Positions 26,853 through 39,347 of a stretch of 64,000 nucleotides of DNA are shown piece by piece. The DNA is from Eledone cirrhosa (lineage: Eukaryota), in NCBI GenBank assembly GCA_964016885.1, contig OZ024740.1:422654001-422718000 (forward strand). The letters run 5' to 3'. Each line of letters opens with the position of its first letter. The first letter of the stretch is position 1. Under the pieces are notes generated by a model. It was not told the DNA's origin. It did no database searches and saw only the letters and a list, made by a program, of their open reading frames with translations. The position numbers were made by a program, and so were the translations under genes.

Positions 26853-26914
<62 letters not shown>

Positions 26915-29484
26915 TTATTCATATTATCATTGTCATTTTGTGCCTGCTTTCCACACTGGTATGGGTTGGACAAGCTGTCTCAGTCTGAGAGTCTGGAACC
27001 AACTGAGTCAGAGTAACATATCTGTCATGGTTTCTATAGCAAGATGCTCTTCTTAGCACCAACCATTTTACAGGGTGTACTGGGTCCATTTTTTATCGTG
27101 CCATCAGTACTAGAGAGGTTGTCACATGTTTGTTTAGACTAAAGTGTCTTCTCCGCTTTATCACTAACACTATAGCCTCCAGTCTCTCACTACATTTATA
27201 TTATCTGTTGGTGTTTATATAGGTGGGTTGGTCTTTTGTATTATAACATATCACCAATCAGTTCGGTGCTGTATCTTAGTTTGTGAGGTTCGGTTTGTCT
27301 CATGTCTTCCTTGGTCTCCCTCATCCTCCTGATATTTAAAACAATATTGTTCCAGATACAAAACAACCCAAAACAGCTGCATTGTGTTGATCCTTGATTT
27401 ACAAATACTTTCGCCCATGTCTAATACCTATTACTGTCATCAACTGTTGCTGTTCGGCTCTTTTGGGGGGATTGGGGTCAGTGAAGTGCTGGAAGTAGCA
27501 GAGGGTAACACTGGGAGACTCTGGACCTAGCTCCTCCTGAGGTGGAACTCGTCAGATCGAACCAAGGAAACAATGTTTCCATTGGTTTTTCCAATTGCTG
27601 ATACTATCTACCGGCTGCAATTCCTTGCAGAAGCAGCAATGTGAAATAAAGTGTCTTGCTCAAGGACATAACGCATCGCCCGGTCCCGGAGTCGAACTCA
27701 CAACCTCATGATCATGAATCTAACTGTCTAACCACTAAGCCACGTATAAAATAATTTGACCTCCTCCGCCACTGCTGCTGCTGAAATTTCCCAATTTGGC
27801 AAGTTATTTGAATTGTAAATATAGAGCCTAGTTTTATTGAGCAGGTCATATGCTGCTTGAGTTAGGAGAAATCTAACAAGAAAATCAAAATACTATATAA
27901 ACATATATTCCTATATATCTGTGACTAACAATTTAAGAGTGCAACATAATAGAAGAATTTCTTCTTTATATGGTTTATCGTGGTAAGAAACTCTCAGAAG
28001 AGGTGGACAGCTGAAAGTCTTCAGAGAAGAAACCACTCCAAGCAAGTGTTTCGGTCTTTAACTTCTTTATAAAACCCTCACAATAAGAAAATGTAACTGA
28101 GCTCAGAATATAGATGGAATAAAAGTAGTAAAAAAACTCACAACAGAAGGTCTTCAGAGAAGACCCCCCCCCCCTCGGCAAGGGCGTCAGAAGTTCAAAT
28201 ATTTCATCAAACAAGTTATTACAACCAAATATCTTACTATTAGTTCAATATTCGGCACTTCACAGATTCAATATTAACTATAGTACAGAATTGCTTTATA
28301 TATAAATAGCGATATAGATGAATTCTTCAATTCTTAAAATAACTTTAGAAATGAATGGAAACTGCCAGGAGGGAAATATCCACGGTGGGGTCTAGTCTGC
28401 ATGAAGAACTCAATGTAATCCATATGTTGAAAATGTTGTAGGTTAAAATAAATCCCGGAAAACAATAAAACATCAAAAGGAAAACAGAGTCATGATATAA
28501 GTTAAAACAATGAAATAAAAATTCAAGTCATTAGAAATATACTTCACTGCTTTACTATCGTTTCTAGCTGATAATAATACATAATACGCATATTTCGTTA
28601 TCGATCTATGTAGGGTTAGTTACAAAATAGTTAGGTATCCTTGAAATATATATAATAGAATAAATATGGTTTTATAAATATAGTTTCCATTTATTTAATA
28701 TCATTGAATATTTACTCCAGAAAACTTGTCGAGTGCTTTGAATCAGTTATAAACATTTATATTTGTTGAATTACCAACAAATTGAATATCCCTTCTGCTT
28801 ATAATATATATACATATATATATATATATAAATATAAATTAGCGAGAATCGTATTTCGGCTTTGCAAATTAGCGAAAAACAACTTTCGAGATGTGTGGCA
28901 AGCGCTCAATAATTCTAACGAACCAGAGCTACAACATACGTTAAAAGGCCAAACACACTGAGACGATGGTTAAACCATTATCCGCACAGCCATAGAAACG
29001 ACCAAGTAATTCGGGTCAAACAAATAAAAAAATATGATTGAAAAATTTATATATAGTGGTAAAAAAAAACCAGTAGGTTATATCTATAGAGAGTAGAGCA
29101 TTCAGTCCAAAGGACGAGTTTGTTATAGAGTTAGTTCCACAACAAATTAGAAAACCATACTCGAGGACGTAAGTTTCGAGTATGGTTTGCTAACTGCCCC
29201 CACCTCTCTCTCTCTCCAACAGTTTTGCAAGAGATGTCAACACGAATGGACCTGTTATTTTCATCTAAAGACATTTTTACCAATTCCACGCCGCCCGTCC
29301 CCTCAATCTATCTTATTTCTCATTCTTTCTTCTGGTGAAAGACTAGCGTCCGAAACGTTAAGACCCTCCTCTTCCTGCTATATCAAGCGTTATATCCCTT
29401 CCATATACTGTACCGATTGTGTTATTTCTGTTTACCTTTAAACACACCACACCACACCACACACATATATATATAGTGAGATGG

Positions 29485-29778
29485 AGACCGTAAAATGTAT
29501 TAAGATAGAAATACAGAGAATTAAGAGAAATCGGAAGAGGTGTGAAAAAGAGAAGACTGCGTTGGTACGGACATGTGATGAGTATGGGTAACAATGACTA
29601 GGTGAAGAAGTGCCAGGAAATGATACAAGAGGGAAGCTGCAGTAGAGGCAGACCTAGGAGGACCAGGGCAGAGGTTGGGGGCTGATCTCAAATTGCTGAG
29701 ATTCACAGAGGAGGTGATGAAGGAATGCGGCGAGTGGAGATATTCTGTGCTAAAAAGGACCCGTCCAACCCATGCAGG
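29485..29778 (+). mobile_element. RTE-type LINE 3' fragment
   Basis: RRLRWYGHVM..RGRPRR..WRYSV motifs and ACCCGTCCAACCCATGC tail. Confidence 0.8.
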
Positions 29779-31279
29779 GGGGGGGGGGCATAAAAACAAT
29801 GATGATGAGGATGCAGAGATGGGTATTGACATTGTTATAGTTCTGTTGGTTCCTGGTGGTGGTTGTGTCAGTGTCACTCTATCATCATCCCTACCATTAC
29901 TCGCCGCCGGGTCTACACATCAACATTATTTTAATCCCGCCCAGCTTAGCTTTGCCTTTCATCCTTACGGAGTCGATAAAATAAAGTACCAGTAATACAC
30001 TGGGTAATTGCTGGCCTTGTGCCTAACGTAGAAACAATTTTTACTACTGCCAGGAGGAGATTGGCCATCACCACCATCATCATCATCACCACTAGCAGCA
30101 GCAGCACCACCACCACCACTAGCAGCAGCAGCACCACCACCATCATCACCTCCAGCACCCCACCACCCCCACCATCACCTCCAGCACCGCACCATTCCCC
30201 ACAAGCACCCCACCATCACCACTATCACCACAACCTCCACCAGCACCACCACCAGCACCTCTATCACTACCACCACACCACCACTACCACACTACCACCA
30301 TCACCTCCACCACTATCAACACCACCAGCACCACTACCATTACTTACTTAAAAGAATATACAATTCTTAGTTCAGGGTTAAACATCGTTGATAGTGTTTA
30401 GATGATGAGTATTAATGTAAAGATTATTGTGGCTTCCAGCAGATATGTAATTACATGTGAATATGTATGTGTTTATGTGTGCGAGCTTGTATGTGTAAAA
30501 ATAGTGTAATTTTAAATGTTGGTCTTCTCAAGTGTGCAGCAAAATCTAAAGTGAAGATAGATCGATAGGGAAATACAAATATAGACAGACAGTTATAGAA
30601 ATAAGTTTGAAAGTATTTCCTACATGGAATGGTATAAATAAAATGTTTGATACATTCACACTCTGTGGTGTAACTTGTCTGCTTTTGTCGACATGATCTG
30701 AAAATGAGCACATTTAATAAACATTAAATATATTTCTGAGTCATTGAGGAGGTCACAGAATGCGTGACAAAAGAACTTTGACGAATAAATAACAAGCAAT
30801 AAAGATAAAGTGTATCTTTTTATTGGCAATACATGACCATCCCCAAATATAACAATAATATTTATTTCTCAGTTGTTTGGAAATCTAAATGTTATTTCTG
30901 TTGACAAATTACATTAAAAATTCCGTTACAAAACATTTCTTTCTTGTCTAACACGTAAAAGTTCAGCCTATCATAAAACTTTGTTTACACAGGCATCTTT
31001 TATAATGTTAATAGCTTTGGAAGAATTCACTTCTGCTTTAAGATTGATTTCTTTAGTTTTCATCATCATTCCTTCTTCACACGGTTGTGGAAACCTCAAA
31101 CACCCCTTCGAGCTGGTCCTGTCAGAAGCAACTGTTACCAACTTGATCCGGCTGTATACAAAACATCAATTCTTCATTTTTATCTAAAATTCCCCAAATG
31201 AACTAATTTTTTAAATTCATTTGATTGTATTTTCAAAAGTCTGGAAAAAATTGTACACATTTTTACCAATTAATTTAAT

Positions 31280-31322
<43 letters not shown>

Positions 31323-31608
31323 ATAAATCATGTCTACAGAATTATTAGATAAACAAAATATATACTCCATTTCCTCTGCCAAACAGCACAATCAACCATA
31401 TAAAAAATCAGTTATACTAAGCCATAAGGATAAAAGTTCCTATGAAGAAATCTCCGACAAATAAACGAGAGTGGCTTCTTCACGGTATCCACAGCAGGTT
31501 ATTTATCCAACATTTCGACAGCATGCATAAATCGACCAAGTACATAATTAACCATATGCAATTCGGTGTAAAATCAAACACAGAAGAACTGTGTACATAC
31601 CGTAACTA

Positions 31609-31688
31609 TATCTCTACCATGGTTTCATCCGTATTTTTAGATATCCTATTAATAGGAAATCCATTGAGTTCGGAATCATCAGGAGATA
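31609..31688 (-). ncRNA. Type-I hammerhead ribozyme
   Basis: Reverse complement of 32672-32751; intact core. Confidence 0.85.
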
Positions 31689-32671
31689 AACTCAAAAATA
31701 GACACTTAGTATTCCAAGCCGATCGCGCCAAAATTGGATTCAAAAATGGCTAAGAATCACACTATGGCCGTGGTCAAGTTGGAAAGAATGTGATTGGCTG
31801 TTGACGGCGTGTAGGCCTGTCGCTCGAAAGCGCAGCCAAATATCGCCAAATTTAATCTCAACCTTACGAGAGATTATTAAATATAAAGGTTTACATATAC
31901 ATAAATTTATATATATTACAACCGGTCACTTTTTAGCTCTATGAAGAATTAATAAATTAAATACTCAGAGCAATATATTATTATAAATCATGTCTACAGA
32001 ATTATTAGATAAACCAAATATATACTCCATTTCTTCTGCCAAACAGCACAATCAACCATCTAAAACTACGGATGAAACCATGGTAGAGATATAGTTACGG
32101 TATGTACACAGTTCTTCTATGTTTGATTTTACACCGAATTGCATATGGTTAATTATGTACTTGGTCGATTTATGCATGCTGTCGAAATGTTGGATAAATA
32201 ACCTGCTGTGGATACCGCGAAGAAGCCACTCTCGTTTATTTGTCGGAGATTTCTTCATAGGAACTTTTATCCTTATGGCTTAGTATAATTGATTTTTTAT
32301 ATGGTTGATTGTGCTGTTTGGCAGAGGAAATGGAGTATATATTTTGTTTATCTAATAATTCTGTAGACATGATTTATAATAATATATTGCTCTGAGTATT
32401 TAATTTATTAATTCTTCATAGAGCTAAGAAGTGACCGGTTGTAACATATATAAATTTATGTATATGTAAACCTTTATATTTAATAATCTCCCGTAAGGTT
32501 GAGATTAAATTTGGCGATATTTGGCTGCGCTTTCGAGCGACAGGCCTACACGCCGTCAACAGCCAATCACATTCTTTCCAACTTGACCACGGCCATAGTG
32601 TGATTCTTAGCCATTTTTGAATCCAATTTTGGCGCGATCGACTTGGAATACTAAGTGTCTATTTTTGAGTT

Positions 32672-32751
32672 TATCTCCTGATGATTCCGAACTCAATGGA
32701 TTTCCTATTAATAGGATATCTAAAAATACGGATGAAACCATGGTAGAGATA
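32672..32751 (+). ncRNA. Type-I hammerhead ribozyme, predicted GUA cleavage after 32745
   Basis: TATCTC-CTGATGA-tTCCG[extended stem II with TCCTATTAATAGGA]CGGAt-GAA-ACCATGGT(palindrome)-A-GAGATA. Confidence 0.85.
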
Positions 32752-33243
32752 TAGTTACGGTATGTACACAGTTCTTCTGTGTTTGATTTTACACCGAATT
32801 GCATATGGTTAATTATGTACTTGGTCGATTTATGCATGCTGTCGAAATGTTGGATAAATAACCTGCTGTGGATACCGCGAAGAAGCCACTCTCGTTTATT
32901 TGTCGGAGATTTCTTCATAGGAACTTTTATCCTTATGGCTTAGTATAATTGATTTTTTTATATGGTTGATTGTGCTGTTTGGCAGAGGAAATGGAGTATA
33001 TATTTTGTTTATCTAATAATTCTGTAGACATGATTTATAATAATATATTGCTCTGAGTATTTAATTTATTAATTCTTCATAGAGCTAAAGAGTGATCGGT
33101 TGTAACATATATAAATTTATGTATATGTAAACCTTTATATATATATATATAAATGTTAGTACAGCATTGACGAAGCTTTAGTATACGGCCAAGCTAGCGT
33201 ATATGCATAATCGGTCTGTAACTTTAGCACTCGGATGAGGTAA

Positions 33244-33295
<52 letters not shown>

Positions 33296-33320
33296 GTGTA
33301 TCTATATTTATATCTGTGTG

Positions 33321-33351
<31 letters not shown>

Positions 33352-33637
33352 TTATATCTGTATTTTTAACCGTTGGTCAATCAATGATACACATTGATTG
33401 CCAAATAAATTAACTATGGAGATATAAAAGATACAGAAGCGAAAACCAACCAAACAGTGAGTGTGTTCTGTTATTATTTCTGGCAATATTATTACAACAA
33501 TATGACCCTCCCCAAGTATAACAAAATTTTCTATAAGATTTGTCTCAATTGTTTAGACACATTAAACTGCCAATATTGTACGAGTTACAACAAACGTTTT
33601 TAGGCTCCAGCTATTGTATATAGAGAATTACGGGTTA

Positions 33638-33943
33638 CTCTCAGGTCTTGAATAATCGCCACCACCCCCGCTTATTAATTTTTTTCCAAACCCCTTTCCC
33701 CCGCTTTTATTCCACCCCCACATTTATTAAATTTTGCTAATTTATGTCCAGCGAAATTTTATTATAATTCATATTGATACAGCAGCTGGAGAATTTAATG
33801 ATTTTATTTTACATTAAAAAGAACATTATATATGACAAAAAAAAAAAGAACATTACAAGAAATCCCATATTTATGAACCTACACTATACAATTCCCGACC
33901 CCCTCCCCCACTAACCCCCCCCCCATTATTTGGGACCAGAGAG
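33638..33943. mobile_element. Tc1/mariner-superfamily MITE
   Basis: TA|CTCTCAGGTCTTGAATAAT ... ATTATTTGGGACCAGAGAG|TA imperfect TIRs. Confidence 0.7.
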
Positions 33944-34189
33944 TACTTCCTTCTTAATATTTTGGCTACTTTCCAGGGTTAAACATACTTTTATATGTTT
34001 TATATAACGTTGACTTTGATGTCGGTATTTCTGTTTAACTAAAGTAGTAACAGCAATATCTAGATAGTTCTTTATTTCTCTTCATCTTTTCAGTTTAATA
34101 TGTTAATCCGTAACAAAGCAGGTTAATCCAGTTTGTCTTCACATATATTTAATTTTTGGCAAAGAGTTTCGATAGAATGCGTAGCTGAT

Positions 34190-34455
34190 AGAACCGCTAC
34201 TTCTCGGAATTGAGAGATCACAGCTCCGATACTCTGGACATGTGGTTAGAATGTCTCGGGAAAGAATCGCTGGACAGAATTTACGGGCAAAACCAGCCGA
34301 CAGGCGACCCAAGGGTAGACCCACAAGCGAGATTTTTGGATAACATCCATGAGCTTGGCTGGTCACGCTTGGCGATCCAGCCAGATCAGTTGGAGACGGT
34401 TGCTTCTGACCGGTCCCGCTGGAAGGAGTGTTTCAGGACACAGTCCCTACGACCA
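34190..34455 (+). mobile_element. RTE-type LINE 3' fragment
   Basis: IQPDQLETVASDRSRWKECF; homologous to 5568 and 16738. Confidence 0.8.
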
Positions 34456-34485
34456 ATATATATCGCTACTGATTAATAGTAAGTA

Positions 34486-34654
34486 CCGTATTTCACGGCG
34501 CCGAAGACGCTTCGTCCTCGAGGACGCACCCTAATTTTGACAACCAAAAATTTGAAAAAAAATAATAAACAACCTTCGGCTTCCAGGACGCATGGTAGAT
34601 TTTTGAGACTTATTTTATGAAAAAAAGTAGCCTCTTCGACGACGGGAAATACGG
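34486..34654. mobile_element. pogo/Tigger-like MITE
   Basis: TA|CCGTATTTCACGGCG ... CGACGGGAAATACGG|TA. Confidence 0.8.
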
Positions 34655-36289
34655 TATATGCTGAAAGGAATTTAAAAGATTTCCACCAAAAATTAAAAAA
34701 AAGTGAGTTCTCTCCAAAAGCATGTTCAAAAATGTATAAAAATATATATTGAGAAAATAGATTTACTTGATAGATGATACTGAATATCTGTTGTGTCTTT
34801 AAAACATGGACGTGTATGTTATAGTGAATTGTAACAAGCTTTCCTTTTCGTGCTGGTTGCCTTCAAAATGTCCTTGCTCCCTGATCTGTCATTCCTTTCT
34901 GCAAAACTGGGAGGAGTACTTCTCACCTGAGGAAGGAACCTCTAAAGGCTGTTTAGTAGGTATCACTTGCTGGTCTCTGTGTGTGACAGCTCACACCTAT
35001 GCAGGTTTAGCTGGCCTCCTCCAAGGTATATCTCGTTGGGGGTGTCTTGGGTAATTTTATATGGACCCCAGTCCTATCATCTCATTTCTACAGCTGAGTA
35101 AACTAGAGCAACGTGAAATAAAGTGTCTTGCTCAAGGAAACAACACATCACCCGGTCCGAGAATTGAACTCACAACCTTTCGATTGCAAGCCCAATGCTC
35201 TAACCACTAAGCCATGCGCCTTCACAACAGCAATATCATTGCCCTTTTGTTTTAAAATGGATGTGAATTGTTGTAAGCTTCTTTTTACGTGTTGGTTGCC
35301 ATTACGACCTCTGGTGTCCTTGCTCTCTGATCTGTTATTTCCTTCTACAAAATTAGGAGTAGTATCTCTCATCTGAGGAAGGAGCCTAATGAGGTGTGAG
35401 TGGCTGATGTAGTAGGTGTCACTAGTTGTTCTCTGCAGCAACACCATCGCCATTTTGTTTATGGGACTCAACTGAGATATACCACCTGGACTGGGGGGGG
35501 GGGGTCTAAAGTCTGTTGCTCCTTTTCCTTATTTAGTTTTTGTTTGTTTTTATTGTAAATTCAATTGAAACTTGTTGAATGAAATGTTCTCATTCCAGTT
35601 GAAATTATGACAAACTGGAGTAATATAATGAAAACTCTTCTCGTTCTGATAGAACTTGATATATTATAATTGTGAGATGCAGAGACGTACAAGGAGAACT
35701 CTCTCTTGCTTCTTATCTGCCTTCTCTCTTGTTTTCTCACTTCTGGTCTCCCTCTCTCTCTCTCCTCCCTCTCCCTCTTTCCTCTTTCTCTCCCCTCCCC
35801 CATCTCCCTTCCCCCTCTCTCTCTCCCCTCCCCCATCTCCCTTCCCCCTCTCTCTATCCGACAGAAATATGTATATATCGTTTGTAGATAGAAGCAGAGT
35901 AATACAAGGAGAGCTCGCTCTCTCTCGTTTTCTCACTTATCATCTGCCTTCTCTCTCGCTCACTATCACTCTCTTCCCCCCACACAGACCGACAGACAGA
36001 AGCCAGTAATATATTCTAATGTTGTACAAGATGTCTGAAGTTCTCTCTAAGCAGAACTAACCTCTTACAATATTCACTGAAGCAATAATCTACTAAAATT
36101 AAGAAATTCACATTGAATTTATTTAAAAAATCCTATTTTAGTTGCAGAAAACAAAATTCTGTATTTATTCAGATTATTTATTGTCTCAATATTATTAGAA
36201 ATGTCTACTACAATTTTATACAATTTCATTTCAAATATTGTTTTATCTTCCTCTAATATTCAATGACTCCAACATTTTATTATCATTGC

Positions 36290-36795
36290 GGTCGATAAAA
36301 TATAGTACCAGTTACGGACTGTATTCGATTTAATCGACTTCACCCACCTTCAAATTGCTGGCCTTGTGCCTAAAGTAGAAATGATGATTATTATTATGGC
36401 AGTGGATTGACAGTATCGGTAGAGGCTCGGACGCCATGCTTGGAATTATAGAGTTACGGCCCTTTATGGTCTGAGTTCAAATCCCGCCGAGGTTAACTTT
36501 GCCTTTCATCCTTACGGAGTCGATAAAGTAAAGTACCAGTAATGAACTGGGATAATTGCTGGCCTTGTGCCAAAAGTAGAAACCATTATTATGGCAGTAA
36601 TCGGAAGAACGTCGGACACCCTGCTTTGAAGCACAGTTACGGCCCTTTACGTTCTGAGTTCAAATCCCGCCGAAGTTAGTTTTGCCGTTCATCCTTACGG
36701 GTCGATAAAATAAAGTACCAGTAATGCACTGGGTCGATTTAATCGACCCCCCCCCCTCAAATTGCTGGTCTCGTGCAAAAAGTAAAAACAATTAT
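36290..36795 (+). mobile_element. Three head-to-tail SINE family A copies
   Basis: Successive copies begin in the (ATT)n tail of the previous one. Confidence 0.85.
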
Positions 36796-37434
36796 TTGTT
36801 CTGTAGTTTCATGCGAGCTTCTACTGCATCTCCGTTCCCTGTGTGTCTGTGTGGTGTTCATATTTTTGTGGTGGTGAAGTATAGACATTTTATGTTAGTG
36901 TTCTGTATCTAGTTCTGTTATCGGGGTTTATCTTATTCTTTCTTTTGTTCTGTTGTGTTTGGTATGTGTGATGCGAGTTGTGTTATTTTATTGGGTATTA
37001 ATTTTGTACAGTATATGTTGTGTGAAGTGTGTTGCTATATTTTATTAGCTGCTTATTCTATAGGCTGTGTGTAATGTGTGAAGATTGTTCTATTTGATGT
37101 GTGCTATGAATCGATAATTTTCTTGCGTAGATTGTGAACCGTTTCTAGCAGAGCTATCTATATTTTTTTTGGACAGTATATAGAGTTGTGAGCCATGCTA
37201 TGGCTTCTATGTTTCATTATTATTATTATTATTTCTAATAATTTCTCTTTTCATTATGTCCCCTTCACTTCAGCTCACACTGTCTGCTAATGGAGGAATC
37301 TTTTGTAGATGTGAGGAAGAACTAGAAACATTTAAAGTATGACTGTAATCATAGGTTTCTACACAATAACGGAAGGTTTTGGTAGCATTTAATATGAATT
37401 GACAGCAAAGGAGAAGTTGTATCTTAGTACATTT

Positions 37435-37660
37435 TAACCACATGCCCTTAGTATAGAAGCTGTGATCTCTTGATTTGGAGAAGTAGCAGCTCTACCTGGA
37501 GTGACTCTCTATTCTCAGAGTTACGCACTCTATTGAATAACGTTTCTCCAAAGACATTTTGGAGGAATCCCATTTTAGCCACTTGTATTCACGATCGTAT
37601 TCTTTCGGACATTACCCAAGGTTCTTGACCAGAGGTAAGGGTTGGCACGAATTCCAACTA
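37435..37660 (-). mobile_element. RTE-type LINE fragment
   Basis: Reverse complement is homologous to 16738-16900 (RIQVAKMGFL..SENRESLQVELLLL). Confidence 0.75.
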
Positions 37661-39011
37661 TACTACTTTACAAATAATATTTGATAACATTAAAATAATA
37701 GAATAACTGAAGCATTAGAAATACTGGTAGACTGATATATTCAAGTGACTAATACAACAAACGACCAGCTAATAATGTATCTAACCCTCAACAACCGAGA
37801 ACTGGGAGAATCAACTTCAACTGTGGGGGTGGCTGACTGGGATGGTTCATTGTATAAAACATTTTTAATGGGAACCCTTTTCCTTTTTATCCACACACAG
37901 ACAGATGAAACACACACAAAACACCCCCACGTACAACACTCATATGAAACACTCACACAAAGCACACACACACACACACACACTCAACACCCACACATAT
38001 GTAAGCAGGTATATTAAATATATGGTTTTATTACGTAGAATTTACATATCTATTTCGCTACTTTTATAATAGAAAGTCTACTGATTGTCTTTTTATTCTA
38101 CCTAAATCACCCGTTTTCTCATTGAACTACTGGAGCTGACAAGTTAATAAGTCTATTACACTGTAGTAGTTAGTATCTGTCGGTCCATGTTTGGTGTGGA
38201 CCTAGTGTCTGCTCTGTAGTCTTCTTGTTGGATGACATATATACAGTAGCTAGAGAGGCAGGTGAGCTAGACAAAAGTGTCATTTGCAGCATTATGGATT
38301 GCCTCCAGACCGCCGTGAGAGGGCAACCCCGAACAACATACAGTACTGCCTAGTCAGGGTCCCCACAGCTACATGCTGGACTGTCTTTCATTTTCCATCG
38401 TCGGAGATGATGGACTGTCCTGGCATGTGTTGTGCGGGTCCGCTCTCTCAGTTCAAATCCCACAAGGTCAACTTTGCCTTTCATCCACTTGAGGTCGATA
38501 AAAAAGTACCAGTCGAGTACTGGGGCTGATTCTTCCTCTATATCCCTTTCTCATTTCCTCTCTCTCACTCTCTCTCCTTCACTGGAAGAAATCTGCCCCT
38601 ACGACTCTCTCAGGAGTTACAGGACCGTACATGCATCAACCCCAGTACCTATTTATACCTACTAGAAATAGCAGCTAAATCCACATCAAATAACACTGTC
38701 TTAAAAAGAGAAAACTGCATTAGTTAATGTAGTCCTAGATACCCTTTGTCTGAGAAAAAGACAGGATGTCCATGTCTGGAAAGCCTTTCGTTATATTTCT
38801 GCTTTATGACATGTGTAGGATTAGGGTAAAGACTCCCTTCAGTCAGGAATGACGATGGGATTTTCATCTAGAAAGTTCTCCGAGACACAAGTCCAAGCAA
38901 GGTTGTTTTGTGGAAGACCAGCAGTCGCCCATACATACCAGTCTCCCCTCTCCATGCCACTGATGTTGTCCAAGGGAAAGAAGCAATGGCTGATACAACT
39001 TGGCACCAGTG

Positions 39012-39092
<81 letters not shown>

Positions 39093-39347
39093 TATATATT
39101 ATGTTCAAGGCAATGGCTGATACAGTTTGGCACGAGTGACGTCGGTGAATTGGCAGTATCGGTAGAGAGTCGGACGCCATGCTTTGACGCATAGAGTTAC
39201 GGTCCTTGCCATTCTGAGTTCAAATCCCGCTGAGGTTAACTTTGCCTTTCATCCTTACGGGGTCGATAAAATAAAGTACCAGTAATGCACTGGGATGAAT
39301 GCTGACCTTGTGCCAAAAGTAGAAACAATTATATATATATATATATG

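Larger units (their letters stand above)
31314..33137. mobile_element. Retrozyme-like array: 660-bp HHR-containing unit in tandem and inverted orientation, inserted in (TA)n
   Basis: 31314-32059 is ~1.1 units with HHR on minus. 32058-33137 is ~1.6 units with HHR on plus. Copies are nearly identical; period is 660 bp (32085 to 32745). Confidence 0.8.

Noticed and set aside
30019-30351. His/Pro/Thr-rich ORF (also the Ser/Gly-rich ORF at 41685-41948)
   Set aside because: Degenerate (CAC)n and (TAG)n trinucleotide repeats; no splice or domain support.
31794-31840. Antisense hammerhead-like CTGTTGA...CGAAA in the 660-bp unit
   Set aside because: Core is mutated and no NUH triplet or stem III fits; better explained as the complement of the three-way junction.
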